From an uncultured Gammaproteobacteria bacterium (GTDB lineage: Bacteria; Patescibacteriota; Microgenomatia; Daviesbacterales; UBA10151), in contig CAZAZW010000002.1 of NCBI GenBank assembly GCA_964489875.1, positions 134,792 through 192,702 on the forward strand: a stretch of DNA of 57,911 nt, given 5' to 3'. A program made the position numbers and the translations under genes. The notes under the pieces were generated by a model. It was not told where the DNA came from. It saw nothing but the letters and a program-made list of their open reading frames with translations, and did not search any database. Shown in pieces: positions 9,831 to 19,706 of the stretch; position 1 is the stretch's first letter; each line of letters starts with the position of its first letter.

Positions 9831-11887
9831 CGGCTTGCGGAAACATTTTGAGTAGCAACTTGATCTTTGTAAATACAATTTTCGGGAAATTTGGTATCTG
9901 CAACAAAATAATCTGTATAAGCAGAAGACGTAGCTACTTTGAAAGAAAAATCCAATCCACAAGTTGTCAGCTTAACTATCCCTGAAGGGGGTTCAAATTG
10001 CTCCACCGGAGTATCGGCCAGAAATTTTTCCATTAAGTCTTTCCAAATTGGAGCTGCACCCAAAGATCCGGCCACTCCATCCATTTTTTGATTGAAATTA
10101 TTGCCCACCCATGCTCCAATTACTAAACTGGGAGTATATCCAATAGTCCAGGCGTCCCTGAAATCCTGTGCAGTTCCGGTTTTGACCGCTGCCGGCCGAG
10201 AGATGTTTAAGGTAGTACCAAAAATTTCCGACCTGGTTTTATTATCAGATAGAATTGAGGATATTAGGAAAGCATATTTTCCATCAATTACTTGTTTTCT
10301 CTGAGGTTTAAATTGATAGATTAAGTTTCCCTTTTTATCGGTAATCTCCAAAATTAAGGCCGGATCGGCCAGGTAACCACCGTTGGCAAAGACGCCGTAG
10401 GCGCCGGTCAACTCCAAAAGTTGAACTTCGGCTGCTCCCAAAACCAGAGATAAGCCGTAATTTTCGGGCCCCTTTAAATTAGTTATCCCCAAGTTCCTGG
10501 CAGAAGAGAGCGCTTCTTCCAGCCCGACTTTTTTTAAAACCGCCACGGACGGGATATTAAGTGAGTTAGAGAGGGCCCGCCTGACTGTCACCACCCCTCT
10601 GAATTTCCCGTCATAGTTCTTTGGGCTATAATATGCGTTTGAATCTCGGGCTAAGGCGGCTTCTGCCTTTGCCCTACTTGGAAAAGAGGCGAAAAATTTA
10701 TCCTCATTGAAATTAGCAAATCTAGTCTGTTCATCCCGCAGCAGTGTGACCGGTGTAATCAAACCTTTTTCAAAGGCCCGAACATAGACGATCGGCTTAA
10801 AAGCTGAACCAGGCGACCTCGGTGATATTGCCATATTAACCTTGCCAAATCTGGTGTTTTCCCAATCTAGGCTACCTACTAATGCTTTAACTTCAAAGGT
10901 CTTTGGATCAACCACCACTGCTGCTCCATTCGAAGCCTTATTGATTTTCAGTTTGTCCACTTGAGCAGCCACCGACTTTTCAGCATATTTTTGCCACTCT
11001 AAATTAAGAGTAGTTTTAACCTTAAAACCGGAGTTTGCTACAAAATCTTGCCCATATTTCTCTATCAGTTGATCCCTCACCATTATGGCAAAGTGAGGAG
11101 CTACAGTATTGATATCGCTTATGCTTTGAGTTAATCCCAAATCCTGCTGCAAAGCTTCCTGCTTTTGCTGCTCGGTAATGAAACCCTGTATAACCATTCT
11201 TTCCAAAACCAGTTCTTGTCTGGCCTTTGCCTCTTTGAGGCTACCATTAAATAAAGAAAGCTGGGAAGGGGTTGGCAGAATAGCTGCCAAGATCGAACTT
11301 TGCGCCAAATTTAGATCCTTTGCCGGCTTGTTAAAATATGTGTAGGAGGCATCTTCGACCCCGAAACTGTTTTCCCCAAAATAAACCGTATTAAGATACA
11401 TCTCCAGAATTTCTGGTTTGGAATATTTGGTTTCAATCGCCGCGGCCAAAACTATCTCCTGAAGTTTTCGCAGGAAATACTTGCGGGGCACCAGCAAAGT
11501 ATTTTTAACCAGTTGCTGGGTAATGGTCGAACCGCCATAGGCTAACTTGCCGGCTTTGATATTTTCCAGGCTGGAGCGCAAAATAGCCTTGGTGGAAAAT
11601 CCGGGATGGGAATAAAAATCCTTATCCTCAATAGCAATAATTGCCTTCTGTGTTAGTAGAGGAATCTCTGATAAAGACACATGTCTTTTATATTTGGCAT
11701 CATAAAAAGTGAAAAATAGGTTACCCTCTGAATCCAGTAATTTAATGCCGGTGTCGCTGTGGTTTACTAAAACTTCCTTAGGGGATATATCCGCAGCAAA
11801 ATGTAAAAAGGTATAAATTGATAAAAGTGATAGAAGGATAAAGATAGCAAAAGATTCAACTAAAATAGCAATACCCAATCTTTTCAC
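9827..11887 (-). CDS. Class A penicillin-binding protein (GT51 + transpeptidase)
   Basis: EDKDFYSH, GGSTITQQLVKN, RKLQE; SAFK, SLN and KTG motifs. Confidence 0.95.
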   Translation of the reverse strand: MKRLGIAILVESFAIFILLSLLSIYTFLHFAADISPKEVLVNHSDTGIKLLDSEGNLFFTFYDAKYKRHVSLSEIPLLTQKAIIAIEDKDFYSHPGFSTKAILRSSLENIKAGKLAYGGSTITQQLVKNTLLVPRKYFLRKLQEIVLAAAIETKYSKPEILEMYLNTVYFGENSFGVEDASYTYFNKPAKDLNLAQSSILAAILPTPSQLSLFNGSLKEAKARQELVLERMVIQGFITEQQKQEALQQDLGLTQSISDINTVAPHFAIMVRDQLIEKYGQDFVANSGFKVKTTLNLEWQKYAEKSVAAQVDKLKINKASNGAAVVVDPKTFEVKALVGSLDWENTRFGKVNMAISPRSPGSAFKPIVYVRAFEKGLITPVTLLRDEQTRFANFNEDKFFASFPSRAKAEAALARDSNAYYSPKNYDGKFRGVVTVRRALSNSLNIPSVAVLKKVGLEEALSSARNLGITNLKGPENYGLSLVLGAAEVQLLELTGAYGVFANGGYLADPALILEITDKKGNLIYQFKPQRKQVIDGKYAFLISSILSDNKTRSEIFGTTLNISRPAAVKTGTAQDFRDAWTIGYTPSLVIGAWVGNNFNQKMDGVAGSLGAAPIWKDLMEKFLADTPVEQFEPPSGIVKLTTCGLDFSFKVATSSAYTDYFVADTKFPENCIYKDQVATQNVSASR

Positions 11888-11949
11888 CCTTCAAGCATAA
11901 TCTGTTTATATGGAAAAAACGTGTGAATATTTCTAGGAAAATGTAAGAG

Positions 11950-12032
11950 ATCCTAAAGGATCTCTTGCGATCCTTCGGATCTAAAGAACCTCGCTTCGCG
12001 AGAACCTTGCGGGCTAATCGCCCTAAAGAACC
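11950..12032. repeat. Cluster of short hairpins (REP-like) with TAAAG(A/G)A/AGAACC linkers
   Basis: gatccttcggatc, ctcgcttcgcgag and gggctaatcgccc in tandem. Confidence 0.45.
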
Positions 12033-12034
12033 TA

Positions 12035-13060
12035 TCAAAAATATTTCCAGGAAGCGTATTTTTGTCGTAACTGACTCTCAGTCACATTAACCGGCGGAAG
12101 TCCTGCCAGTTTGTTAAACCCTAAATCCAAAAGCTCGGAGGTCCAAAGGTCTCTTTCCAAGACTCCCGGCGCCCCCAGGACAACCACCAATACCTTCTTG
12201 CCCTCTCTTTCCGAAACTACAATTGTACAATTGTCGGCTTTTCCTGTATTACCTGTTTTAACGCCCAAAACACCCGGATAAACCCCCAGCAGTCCATTCC
12301 AGTTATTTAAGTAAAAACGCTTATCCTGACCACCCCTTGTTAAATCCTCAAACTCCTTGGAAACAATCGAGGCTATCAGCGGATAATCTTTTAAGGCGTA
12401 GGCGGAAAGTATACTTAAATCCTCAACGCTACTGAAATGAGAAGAGGAATCAAGCCCCATTGCATTGGTAAAATTAGTATTCTTTAAGCCTAAAATCTGG
12501 GCCTTCCGGTTCATAGCTTTGATAAAGATATCCTGTCCAAATCTTTGATCAATTCCTTCCTGTATTACTTTAGCGCTATCATTGGCCGAAGAGATTAACA
12601 TATACTCGAGCAGATTACCTAAGCTAAACCTTTCTCCACTTTTAAGCATAACCTTGGTAGGCACTTGGGCAGCAGCTTTTTCGGAAACACTAAACTCCTC
12701 ATCAGGGCTGACTAAATCCAGTGCCACCACTGCCGTCATCACTTTAGTAAGTGAGGCAATAGGTAATCGGAGAGATAAATTCTTTGAAGCAATTACTTGC
12801 CCGTTACCTAAATCAACAACAGAATAGGCCGGCGCCTTCTCATAATCACCTCCCGCAGAAACAGGCGGTATAAACTGTCTTTTGAGCTGGAAAAGGTTTT
12901 GGTGCCTTTGCAATTTAGGCTCTATCTTTGCCAGGATATCTTCCGTTTTCGGCGCAGGAGATACCCAGGTTGGCTGTAACCTAGAATGAGGAAAAACTAC
13001 CACTAGTGTCGCCAAAAAAACGCCTATTAAAAATACTCTAGTCAGTTTTTTAATCATCAA
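12035..13060 (-). CDS. D-alanyl-D-alanine carboxypeptidase (peptidase S11)
   Basis: ASLTK, SAN and KTG motifs. Confidence 0.92.
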   Translation of the reverse strand: MMIKKLTRVFLIGVFLATLVVVFPHSRLQPTWVSPAPKTEDILAKIEPKLQRHQNLFQLKRQFIPPVSAGGDYEKAPAYSVVDLGNGQVIASKNLSLRLPIASLTKVMTAVVALDLVSPDEEFSVSEKAAAQVPTKVMLKSGERFSLGNLLEYMLISSANDSAKVIQEGIDQRFGQDIFIKAMNRKAQILGLKNTNFTNAMGLDSSSHFSSVEDLSILSAYALKDYPLIASIVSKEFEDLTRGGQDKRFYLNNWNGLLGVYPGVLGVKTGNTGKADNCTIVVSEREGKKVLVVVLGAPGVLERDLWTSELLDLGFNKLAGLPPVNVTESQLRQKYASWKYF

Positions 13061-14574
13061 TAAAGGTTATATTTACTAGCCAGCATTGCCACCGAATAAC
13101 CATTGTAATCAGGATTAATAGGGGTTCTTGCAGCAATGAACTTACCTCTACTGGCTAAATTAGCTACATTGTTATCTTTAAAAAAGGCTGCCAAAATTTT
13201 AGCAGCTATCTCAGGGCTTGAAGCAAGTTCCGGATTTTTAACCAAGTCCTCACCTAAACCAATCCTTTTGCCAATTTCCCGGTAATTTCTAAGGTGAGTA
13301 ATTTGAATAAACCCTCTGCCAAAATAATTTGATCCTCCTTCATAACCGCGTCTTCTGGCATTGATATTACCCTGAATTTCCTCAATTGGTTCAAAAGTTT
13401 TATCGGTCTCATGCTCCACTGTGGCCAAAGCATAGGCTAAAACATTGGAATCCAGAATGCCCTCTTCATCCAAAGCCTTAGCAATTAATGGGATATTAGT
13501 CCTAGCCGCCTCTCGACCTTTTTTTGGCACACCAGCTACCAATTTCTCCAGTGTTTCCTGATCAACCATAACGCTTTTGGGTTTACTACCTTGTTCGCTA
13601 CTGATATTTTTACCGGGGGTATAGAGAGGATAATTTTGTCCGTTTCCATACCACGCGCGCTCCAGAACCAACTTTTCAAAAGGTGTCCTCTTTTGTAAGT
13701 TATTCAACAAATTTGAAATACCGGCAAAGTATTCATTCTCCGAAAATCCAAAAACCGGATTTAAAAGAATTTCCTGCTTGATTTCCGGGACAATAAAATT
13801 TGAAGCAATTAAAAATAACCGGTCGGCTTTTTTCGATAAAGCTTCAACATTGTATAAGGATTGATTATCAATTCGTGAACTTGGCACAGCAACGGTCACC
13901 TCCGTCTGCGGTAAACTGTTGTGGATTCGGTCGGTAAGAAAAGCCACAAATTCAGTAAATTTTTCTTGGTAATTTTTCCCGCCTCCTTTGGGAAATTCAA
14001 AATCCACAGTCACCCCATTGATGTTTGAACTCCTAATTTCTTCAACAGCTTGGTCAGCCAGTTTTAGCTGGGCCGGGGGATTATCTAATAAATTTTTAAT
14101 CACCTTTTCATCTATGGCCGATAAAGTTAAAAGTATTTTAGTTTTTTGGTGACGGGCCCTGTCAAATAACGCCAGCGCCTCAGCGGAGGTAAATGATTTG
14201 TAGCCTTTGGAGGTAAAATTTATTCCTCCGTCTGCCGTGACCGGCACATCAAAAAAAGCCAGATGAGTTAAACCCTGTAAATCTATGCGAGGAAATTTAT
14301 TGCGGGATAAATTCGGCACAAAGGCAAAAGTCTCACTGGTAATTTTTCTGCTGGTTTCAGAATAGACAGAATTAAACGAGGAAACAAATGGGGAGATTAG
14401 ACTCTTGGCAGGCTGCTTACCGGCAATAATGACTGCAACAATCAGAATTAAATCTATAACAATAGCCAGTAGAAATTTTACCCGTCTGGATACAGTAATC
14501 CCCTTGACCTTTTGGAAAAGTTGGGAGAGGGCTCGCCGGGCCAGAGTATTGGAGAATGGCAGTAAATTCATCAT
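13057..14574 (-). CDS. Membrane-anchored GH18-like + GH19/lysozyme-like fusion
   Basis: NGVTVDFEFP (GH18 DxDxE-like); ATVEHET and YFGRGFIQITHLRNY (GH19-like). Confidence 0.75.
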   Translation of the reverse strand: MMNLLPFSNTLARRALSQLFQKVKGITVSRRVKFLLAIVIDLILIVAVIIAGKQPAKSLISPFVSSFNSVYSETSRKITSETFAFVPNLSRNKFPRIDLQGLTHLAFFDVPVTADGGINFTSKGYKSFTSAEALALFDRARHQKTKILLTLSAIDEKVIKNLLDNPPAQLKLADQAVEEIRSSNINGVTVDFEFPKGGGKNYQEKFTEFVAFLTDRIHNSLPQTEVTVAVPSSRIDNQSLYNVEALSKKADRLFLIASNFIVPEIKQEILLNPVFGFSENEYFAGISNLLNNLQKRTPFEKLVLERAWYGNGQNYPLYTPGKNISSEQGSKPKSVMVDQETLEKLVAGVPKKGREAARTNIPLIAKALDEEGILDSNVLAYALATVEHETDKTFEPIEEIQGNINARRRGYEGGSNYFGRGFIQITHLRNYREIGKRIGLGEDLVKNPELASSPEIAAKILAAFFKDNNVANLASRGKFIAARTPINPDYNGYSVAMLASKYNLY

Positions 14575-14688
14575 CAGGATGATCTGACTAACGAAGTGCG
14601 AAGTGTAACAAATGTGTAAGAACTTGTCAATACAGAACTCTTACCAGATTCTTTAATTTCCGTCATTTTTCTTTCATATAATCAGGGC

Positions 14689-15357
14689 ATGCTCCCGTTA
14701 AAGGATAATAATTCAATAGCCAAATTTCCTTTTCTGACAATTGCCATAATTTTGGTTAATGCTTATATTTTTTATTTAGAGTTGGTGTCTCCAAATACGG
14801 AAAATTTTATTTTGCAATATGCTTTAATCCCCAGCCAAATTAGCTTTTCAAATCTTAATACCCTTTTTCCTTTTATCAGTAGCCAATTCTTACACGGCGG
14901 TTTCTTACATATTATTTCTAACATGCTTTTCCTTTGGGTATTCGGAAGGAATATCGAGGCCTCTTTTGGGTCTATATCTTTTTTGATCTTTTATCTGGTA
15001 TCCGGCACTGTGGCAGGTTTAACCCAATACCTTTTTATGCCAATGGATTCTACTCCTATGTTAGGAGCTTCAGGAGCGGTAGCAGGAGTATTAGGGGCAT
15101 ACCTTACACTTTTCCCGACTAATAAAATTAAAACTTTGGTTTTTATTTTCATCTATGTCACAATTATCGACATTCCGGCTTATATCCTGCTTTTTTATTG
15201 GTTTATAACTCAACTGTTTAGCGGAATAGCTACAATTTCCTTAAGTCAAGCTCCGGGGGGGATTGCCTTTTTACCTCATATTGGAGGATTCTTATTTGGC
15301 TTTCTGGCAGCAATATTTACACTGCCACGCAGTAATTTACGGCTTAAATTCTCCTAA
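14689..15357 (+). CDS. Rhomboid intramembrane serine protease
   Basis: FLHGGFLHIISNM, GASGA and HIGG motifs. Confidence 0.93.
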   Translation: MLPLKDNNSIAKFPFLTIAIILVNAYIFYLELVSPNTENFILQYALIPSQISFSNLNTLFPFISSQFLHGGFLHIISNMLFLWVFGRNIEASFGSISFLIFYLVSGTVAGLTQYLFMPMDSTPMLGASGAVAGVLGAYLTLFPTNKIKTLVFIFIYVTIIDIPAYILLFYWFITQLFSGIATISLSQAPGGIAFLPHIGGFLFGFLAAIFTLPRSNLRLKFS

Positions 15358-15428
15358 TCTCTTTTCTTACATTTCTCTATCAGAAACTTTAATAAATTAT
15401 TGAAAGGGAAACTTATAATTAAATCATT

Positions 15429-15686
15429 ATGGATCAGGAAGATAAAGAGGAAAGAAAAGAGTTTTGGTGGTCAATATTTTCAGTAGCAGTGGTATTGGGA
15501 ATACTAGGCGTATTTATATATTTTGGCTCGACTAACAATCAAACTAGCAACCAAGGAGTAGAACCGGGAGTAGGAGCCGGGCCCGGTGAAACCGTCACCA
15601 GCCCGACACCGTCTCCAACACCCTCACCAACAGATAACCCCTCTCCCACACCAACCCCGACAGGAGGTGAAGATCGATGGCCATAA
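15429..15686 (+). CDS. Small single-pass membrane protein with P/T/S-rich tail
   Basis: One TM followed by (S/T)PTP repeats. Confidence 0.7.
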   Translation: MDQEDKEERKEFWWSIFSVAVVLGILGVFIYFGSTNNQTSNQGVEPGVGAGPGETVTSPTPSPTPSPTDNPSPTPTPTGGEDRWP

Positions 15687-15847
15687 TAATCAATAAGGCC
15701 GGTGAATCCGAAGGAGACAGCGGGTTAGTATTTCTTCTGGGAATAATAATTATAATGATTCTGGGATATATTACCTTTATCTATGCGCTACCTTATATTG
15801 GAGACACTTTATTACCTACACAAGTGAGTGGACAAGAAGGATTTTAA
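15677..15847 (+). CDS. 56-aa single-pass membrane protein (not in ORF track)
   Basis: AGGAGGTG RBS; MAIIINKAGESEGDSGLVFLLGIIIIMILGYITFIYALP... Confidence 0.65.
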   Translation: MAIIINKAGESEGDSGLVFLLGIIIIMILGYITFIYALPYIGDTLLPTQVSGQEGF

Positions 15848-15915
15848 GATTATAGAGGATATCAGAACCTCAAGAAGAGGCAATTTTTTGGGTTTTGTAG
15901 TAGAATTAAGCTTTA

Positions 15916-18141
15916 ATGAAGCAACTACTTGTCGCGTTTTTTCTAATTACAGTCATTATTAGCTCCATCGTGATAGCCTTTACTGTTAGTCAAGTTCAAG
16001 AAGAAAATCAGAGATTAAAAGAGGGCCTTGAACAAAGATCAATACTGCTTGCTGAAGGTTTAAAAGAAACAGTTGAACCGAATTTTATCAACAAATCAGA
16101 ACAGCAACTGCAGTATCTTGTCAATAGATTTGAAAACGAAGAAAGATTGGTGGGAATGAACATATATGATAATAAAGCCATTCCTGTGGCAACTTCCTCA
16201 AGTCTGACTTCAGAAATACCCAAAGCAAAACAAATTGCCGCAAACGCCATGGATCAGGATCATGCCACAGGTGGTTTTATTCAAATGGAAAACAAAAAAA
16301 TATACCTTTTGGCAGCCCCTCTGCACGACAAGGAAAGCGTGGTGGGCGCCTTAATGATTGCCCAAAATGCCGGATATATTGACGAGCGCCTAATTGAAAT
16401 CTGGAAAAACAATCTGATCAGGTTATTTATCCAGGCCATGCTTCTTTCTTTTGCCACCCTCCTGTTGATACGTTGGATTATTTATGAACCAATTCGGGGG
16501 CTGGTTGAAACATTAAAAGTAGCCAGAATTGGAGGGGTAGAAGAAAATCCTAAAGGCTTAACAAGTTCTTTCTTCTTTAGACCTCTGGTTAAGGAAATCT
16601 CTAAAATAAGAAGCAGCCTAATGGAGGCCCGAATTTCTGCCAGTGAAGAAGCGAGACTCCGTTTGGAAAAATTGGATTCTCCGTGGACAGCGGAAAGATT
16701 AAAAGAATTTGTAAAAGATATTTTAAAAGGAAGAGGCATCTTTATGGTTTCTAACCGGGAACCTTATATCCATACAAAAAATGGCGGAAAGATCAGTTAT
16801 TATTTTCCTGCCAGCGGTATGGCAACGGCAATTGAACCGATAATGCAGGCTTGCAGCGGCCTGTGGATTGCTCATGGCAGCGGTGATGCTGATAAATTAG
16901 TGGTTGACAGTAGTAATAAATTAAAGGTTCCGCCGGATGAACCAAAGTATACACTTAAGCGTATTTGGCTAACTGATGAAGAGGAAGCAGGCTATTACTA
17001 CGGTTTTTCCAATGAGGGATTATGGCCGCTTTGCCATATTGCTCACAACAGGCCAATTTTCCGGAAAGAAGATTGGGAACAGTACCACAAAGTAAATCAA
17101 AAATTCGCAAATGCAATTCTTGCCGAAATAAAAAACCAAGACAGGCCGATTGTCCTAATTCAGGATTTCCATTTAGCTTTAGTATCAAAAATGGTTAAAG
17201 CGCAAAGGCCAGGAGCTGTCATGGGAATCTTTTGGCATATTCCCTGGCCAAACCCGGAATCTTTCAGCATTTGCCCCTGGAAAAAAGAAATCCTGGATGG
17301 CATGCTGGGAGCGGACCTGATAGGATTTCATACTCAACTGCACTGCAATAATTTTATTGAAACCGTCGGAAGGGAACTTGAATCTTTAATCGATTTTGAA
17401 AGATTCACCATTACCAGAAATAACCATGTCTCCTATATTAAACCTTTTCCCATCAGTATTTCTTTCCCGAACGGCTTTGATCAATCAGAAAATCCAAATG
17501 AAAAAGAGGAGTTACTTAAAGCTTTAGGAATTAAAACAAAATATGTTGGTCTCGGGATCGACCGGCTTGATTATACTAAAGGCATACTTGAAAGATTAAA
17601 AGCAGTGGAAATTTTTCTCAATAAGTACCCATCATATCAAGGCAATTTTACCTTTATCCAAATTGCTGCTCCCAGCAGAACCAAAGTTAAAAAATACCGT
17701 GATTTCGCGGTTGAAGTAGAAAAAGAAGCAGAAAGAATTAATAATATATTTAAGGCAAAGAATTGGAAACCCATTCTGCTTTTGGAAAAACACCACAACC
17801 ATCAGGAGATCCAAAAGTTTTACAGAGCAGCAGATTTTTGTCTGGTTACATCCTTACATGACGGCATGAACCTAGTCGCGAAAGAGTATGTTGCTTCAAG
17901 GTATGACGAAAAAGGAGTTTTGATTCTTAGTCAGTATACCGGCGCCTCAAGGGAGCTTAAAGAAGCCTTAATTGTTAACCCATATAACGGAGAACAAACG
18001 GCCGACGCCATAAAAGAAGCTTTGGAGATGGCACCAAAGGAGCAAACAAAAAGGATGCATGATATGCGAGAAGTAATCAAAAATCATAATGTCTACCGCT
18101 GGTCGGCAGAGCTGCTGCGAACAATAGTAAACTTAGGATGA
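15916..18141 (+). CDS. otsA: Trehalose-6-phosphate synthase (GT20) with N-terminal TM-sensor-TM module
   Basis: VSNREP, YYYGFSNEGLWP, QDFHL, HIPWP, DRLDYTKG, DGMNLVAKEY; first ~250 aa resemble a histidine-kinase input region. Confidence 0.9.
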   Translation: MKQLLVAFFLITVIISSIVIAFTVSQVQEENQRLKEGLEQRSILLAEGLKETVEPNFINKSEQQLQYLVNRFENEERLVGMNIYDNKAIPVATSSSLTSEIPKAKQIAANAMDQDHATGGFIQMENKKIYLLAAPLHDKESVVGALMIAQNAGYIDERLIEIWKNNLIRLFIQAMLLSFATLLLIRWIIYEPIRGLVETLKVARIGGVEENPKGLTSSFFFRPLVKEISKIRSSLMEARISASEEARLRLEKLDSPWTAERLKEFVKDILKGRGIFMVSNREPYIHTKNGGKISYYFPASGMATAIEPIMQACSGLWIAHGSGDADKLVVDSSNKLKVPPDEPKYTLKRIWLTDEEEAGYYYGFSNEGLWPLCHIAHNRPIFRKEDWEQYHKVNQKFANAILAEIKNQDRPIVLIQDFHLALVSKMVKAQRPGAVMGIFWHIPWPNPESFSICPWKKEILDGMLGADLIGFHTQLHCNNFIETVGRELESLIDFERFTITRNNHVSYIKPFPISISFPNGFDQSENPNEKEELLKALGIKTKYVGLGIDRLDYTKGILERLKAVEIFLNKYPSYQGNFTFIQIAAPSRTKVKKYRDFAVEVEKEAERINNIFKAKNWKPILLLEKHHNHQEIQKFYRAADFCLVTSLHDGMNLVAKEYVASRYDEKGVLILSQYTGASRELKEALIVNPYNGEQTADAIKEALEMAPKEQTKRMHDMREVIKNHNVYRWSAELLRTIVNLG

Positions 18142-18148
18142 TTCATAG

Positions 18149-18937
18149 ATGAAATACTTATGGCAAGAGCTTGATAAAATTACCCCCAAATTAGAACAAA
18201 AAAGCCCGAAAGTATTATTTCTTGATTTCGACGGTACCTTAACTCCGATTGTTAAATCTCCTAAAGAAGCAAGGCTTTCGTTAAAGACAAAAAATTTACT
18301 GCAAAAACTAAGCACCAAAAAGGATGTTTACCTAATCATTATTAGCGGGAGAAAATTAGAAGATATTAAGTCCAAAATAAAACTGCCGAATATCATCTAC
18401 GCCGGCAACCACGGCTTGGAAGGAGAAATCTTTGACCAATATTATTCCTTTCCTATTCCTGATAAGATAGCGGTAATTTTAAAAAGCATCCGGAAATTGC
18501 TTGATAAAATAGCCGACCAGTTTACAGGGGTATTTATTGAAAATAAAGGAACTACATTGAGTTTTCATTATAGATTGGCAAATAAACAACAAATCCCTGA
18601 TATCAAAGTGCTTTTTGAAAAAACTCTTCAACCTTATATTAAAAATGAATCAATTTCCATTTTGAGCGGCAAAATGGTATTTGATGTAATGCCGAAAATA
18701 CACTGGAACAAAGGCAGTTTTGCAAAACTGGCAGTTGATAAAATACGCGCCAGAGCAAAGATTACTCCGCTTGTCATCTCCATCGGAGATGATGCAACAG
18801 ATGAAGAAATTTTTCGAAAAATTGACCAAGGCATTACCATAAAGGTTGGCAGAGAGCAAAAATCAAATGCCAAGTACCTGCTAAATAATACGAAAGATGT
18901 TTTTAAGTTTTTAGGGTGGGTAAATACAAGAATCTAG
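18149..18937 (+). CDS. otsB: Trehalose-6-phosphate phosphatase (HAD)
   Basis: FLDFDGTL, SGR, GNHGLE, GDDATDE. Confidence 0.92.
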   Translation: MKYLWQELDKITPKLEQKSPKVLFLDFDGTLTPIVKSPKEARLSLKTKNLLQKLSTKKDVYLIIISGRKLEDIKSKIKLPNIIYAGNHGLEGEIFDQYYSFPIPDKIAVILKSIRKLLDKIADQFTGVFIENKGTTLSFHYRLANKQQIPDIKVLFEKTLQPYIKNESISILSGKMVFDVMPKIHWNKGSFAKLAVDKIRARAKITPLVISIGDDATDEEIFRKIDQGITIKVGREQKSNAKYLLNNTKDVFKFLGWVNTRI

Positions 18938-19656
18938 TTGCTTCTTTTTTTGACAGCAACAAAGAAGATTCTTCCCAGGAATATATCTCCTAACAATAAT
19001 CTGAGTAATTTCTCATGCCCTAATATTATCCGTACGTAAAGATTGTTATCCGATATATCATAGAAGGCATCAGGCAATTTCATGAAGCTTGTGATTTGCA
19101 AAATCTCACCATTTTGTTTTTTAGTTATTCTTTCAAGATCACTTTTAGTCGTATAGTAGATCGAGGTCTCCGGTGAAGTAAATCTTAGGAAAGCGTTTTT
19201 ATTTGGCATGGTAAAAACAAAAATGCCGTCATTATTTAGATTATGAATAATTTTACCAATGATTTCCGGCCAATTTTTGTTATATTTCAAAACCCTGATT
19301 GCAGAAATAAAATCAAATTTTTTATTAAAAGGTAAATGGTACTGCGAAATATCACATTTCTTAATTTCTCTGACTTTTTTTTGATTCTTAAATTTAACCC
19401 TACAATATTCAACCATACTTTTTGCCCAATCCAAACCGTTTATCTGTTTTACTTGAGAAACCTTCAGGTAGTTTTCAATAATCCGTCCATTTCCTACTCC
19501 GATATCTAAAATATACTGGCCTTTGGTTTTTTCTAAATAACTATTAATAAACTGTAATTCCTTTTTATTAATTTCGTATTTTGCCTTACTCTGCCAGAAC
19601 TTGGAGTAGTCTTTACCTATTTTTTCCCAGTGTTTTTGGTCATAGCTTTTTTGCAT
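18934..19656 (-). CDS. Class I SAM-dependent methyltransferase
   Basis: ILDIGVGNG motif I. Confidence 0.85.
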   Translation of the reverse strand: MQKSYDQKHWEKIGKDYSKFWQSKAKYEINKKELQFINSYLEKTKGQYILDIGVGNGRIIENYLKVSQVKQINGLDWAKSMVEYCRVKFKNQKKVREIKKCDISQYHLPFNKKFDFISAIRVLKYNKNWPEIIGKIIHNLNNDGIFVFTMPNKNAFLRFTSPETSIYYTTKSDLERITKKQNGEILQITSFMKLPDAFYDISDNNLYVRIILGHEKLLRLLLGDIFLGRIFFVAVKKRSN

Positions 19657-19706
19657 AAAAGCTATTTTATAGTATATAAAGAAATTTTGGTATAGTATAT
19701 CTACTT

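Noticed and set aside
15597-15662. PTP/SPT low-complexity repeat
   Set aside because: Ordinary Pro/Thr linker of a surface protein
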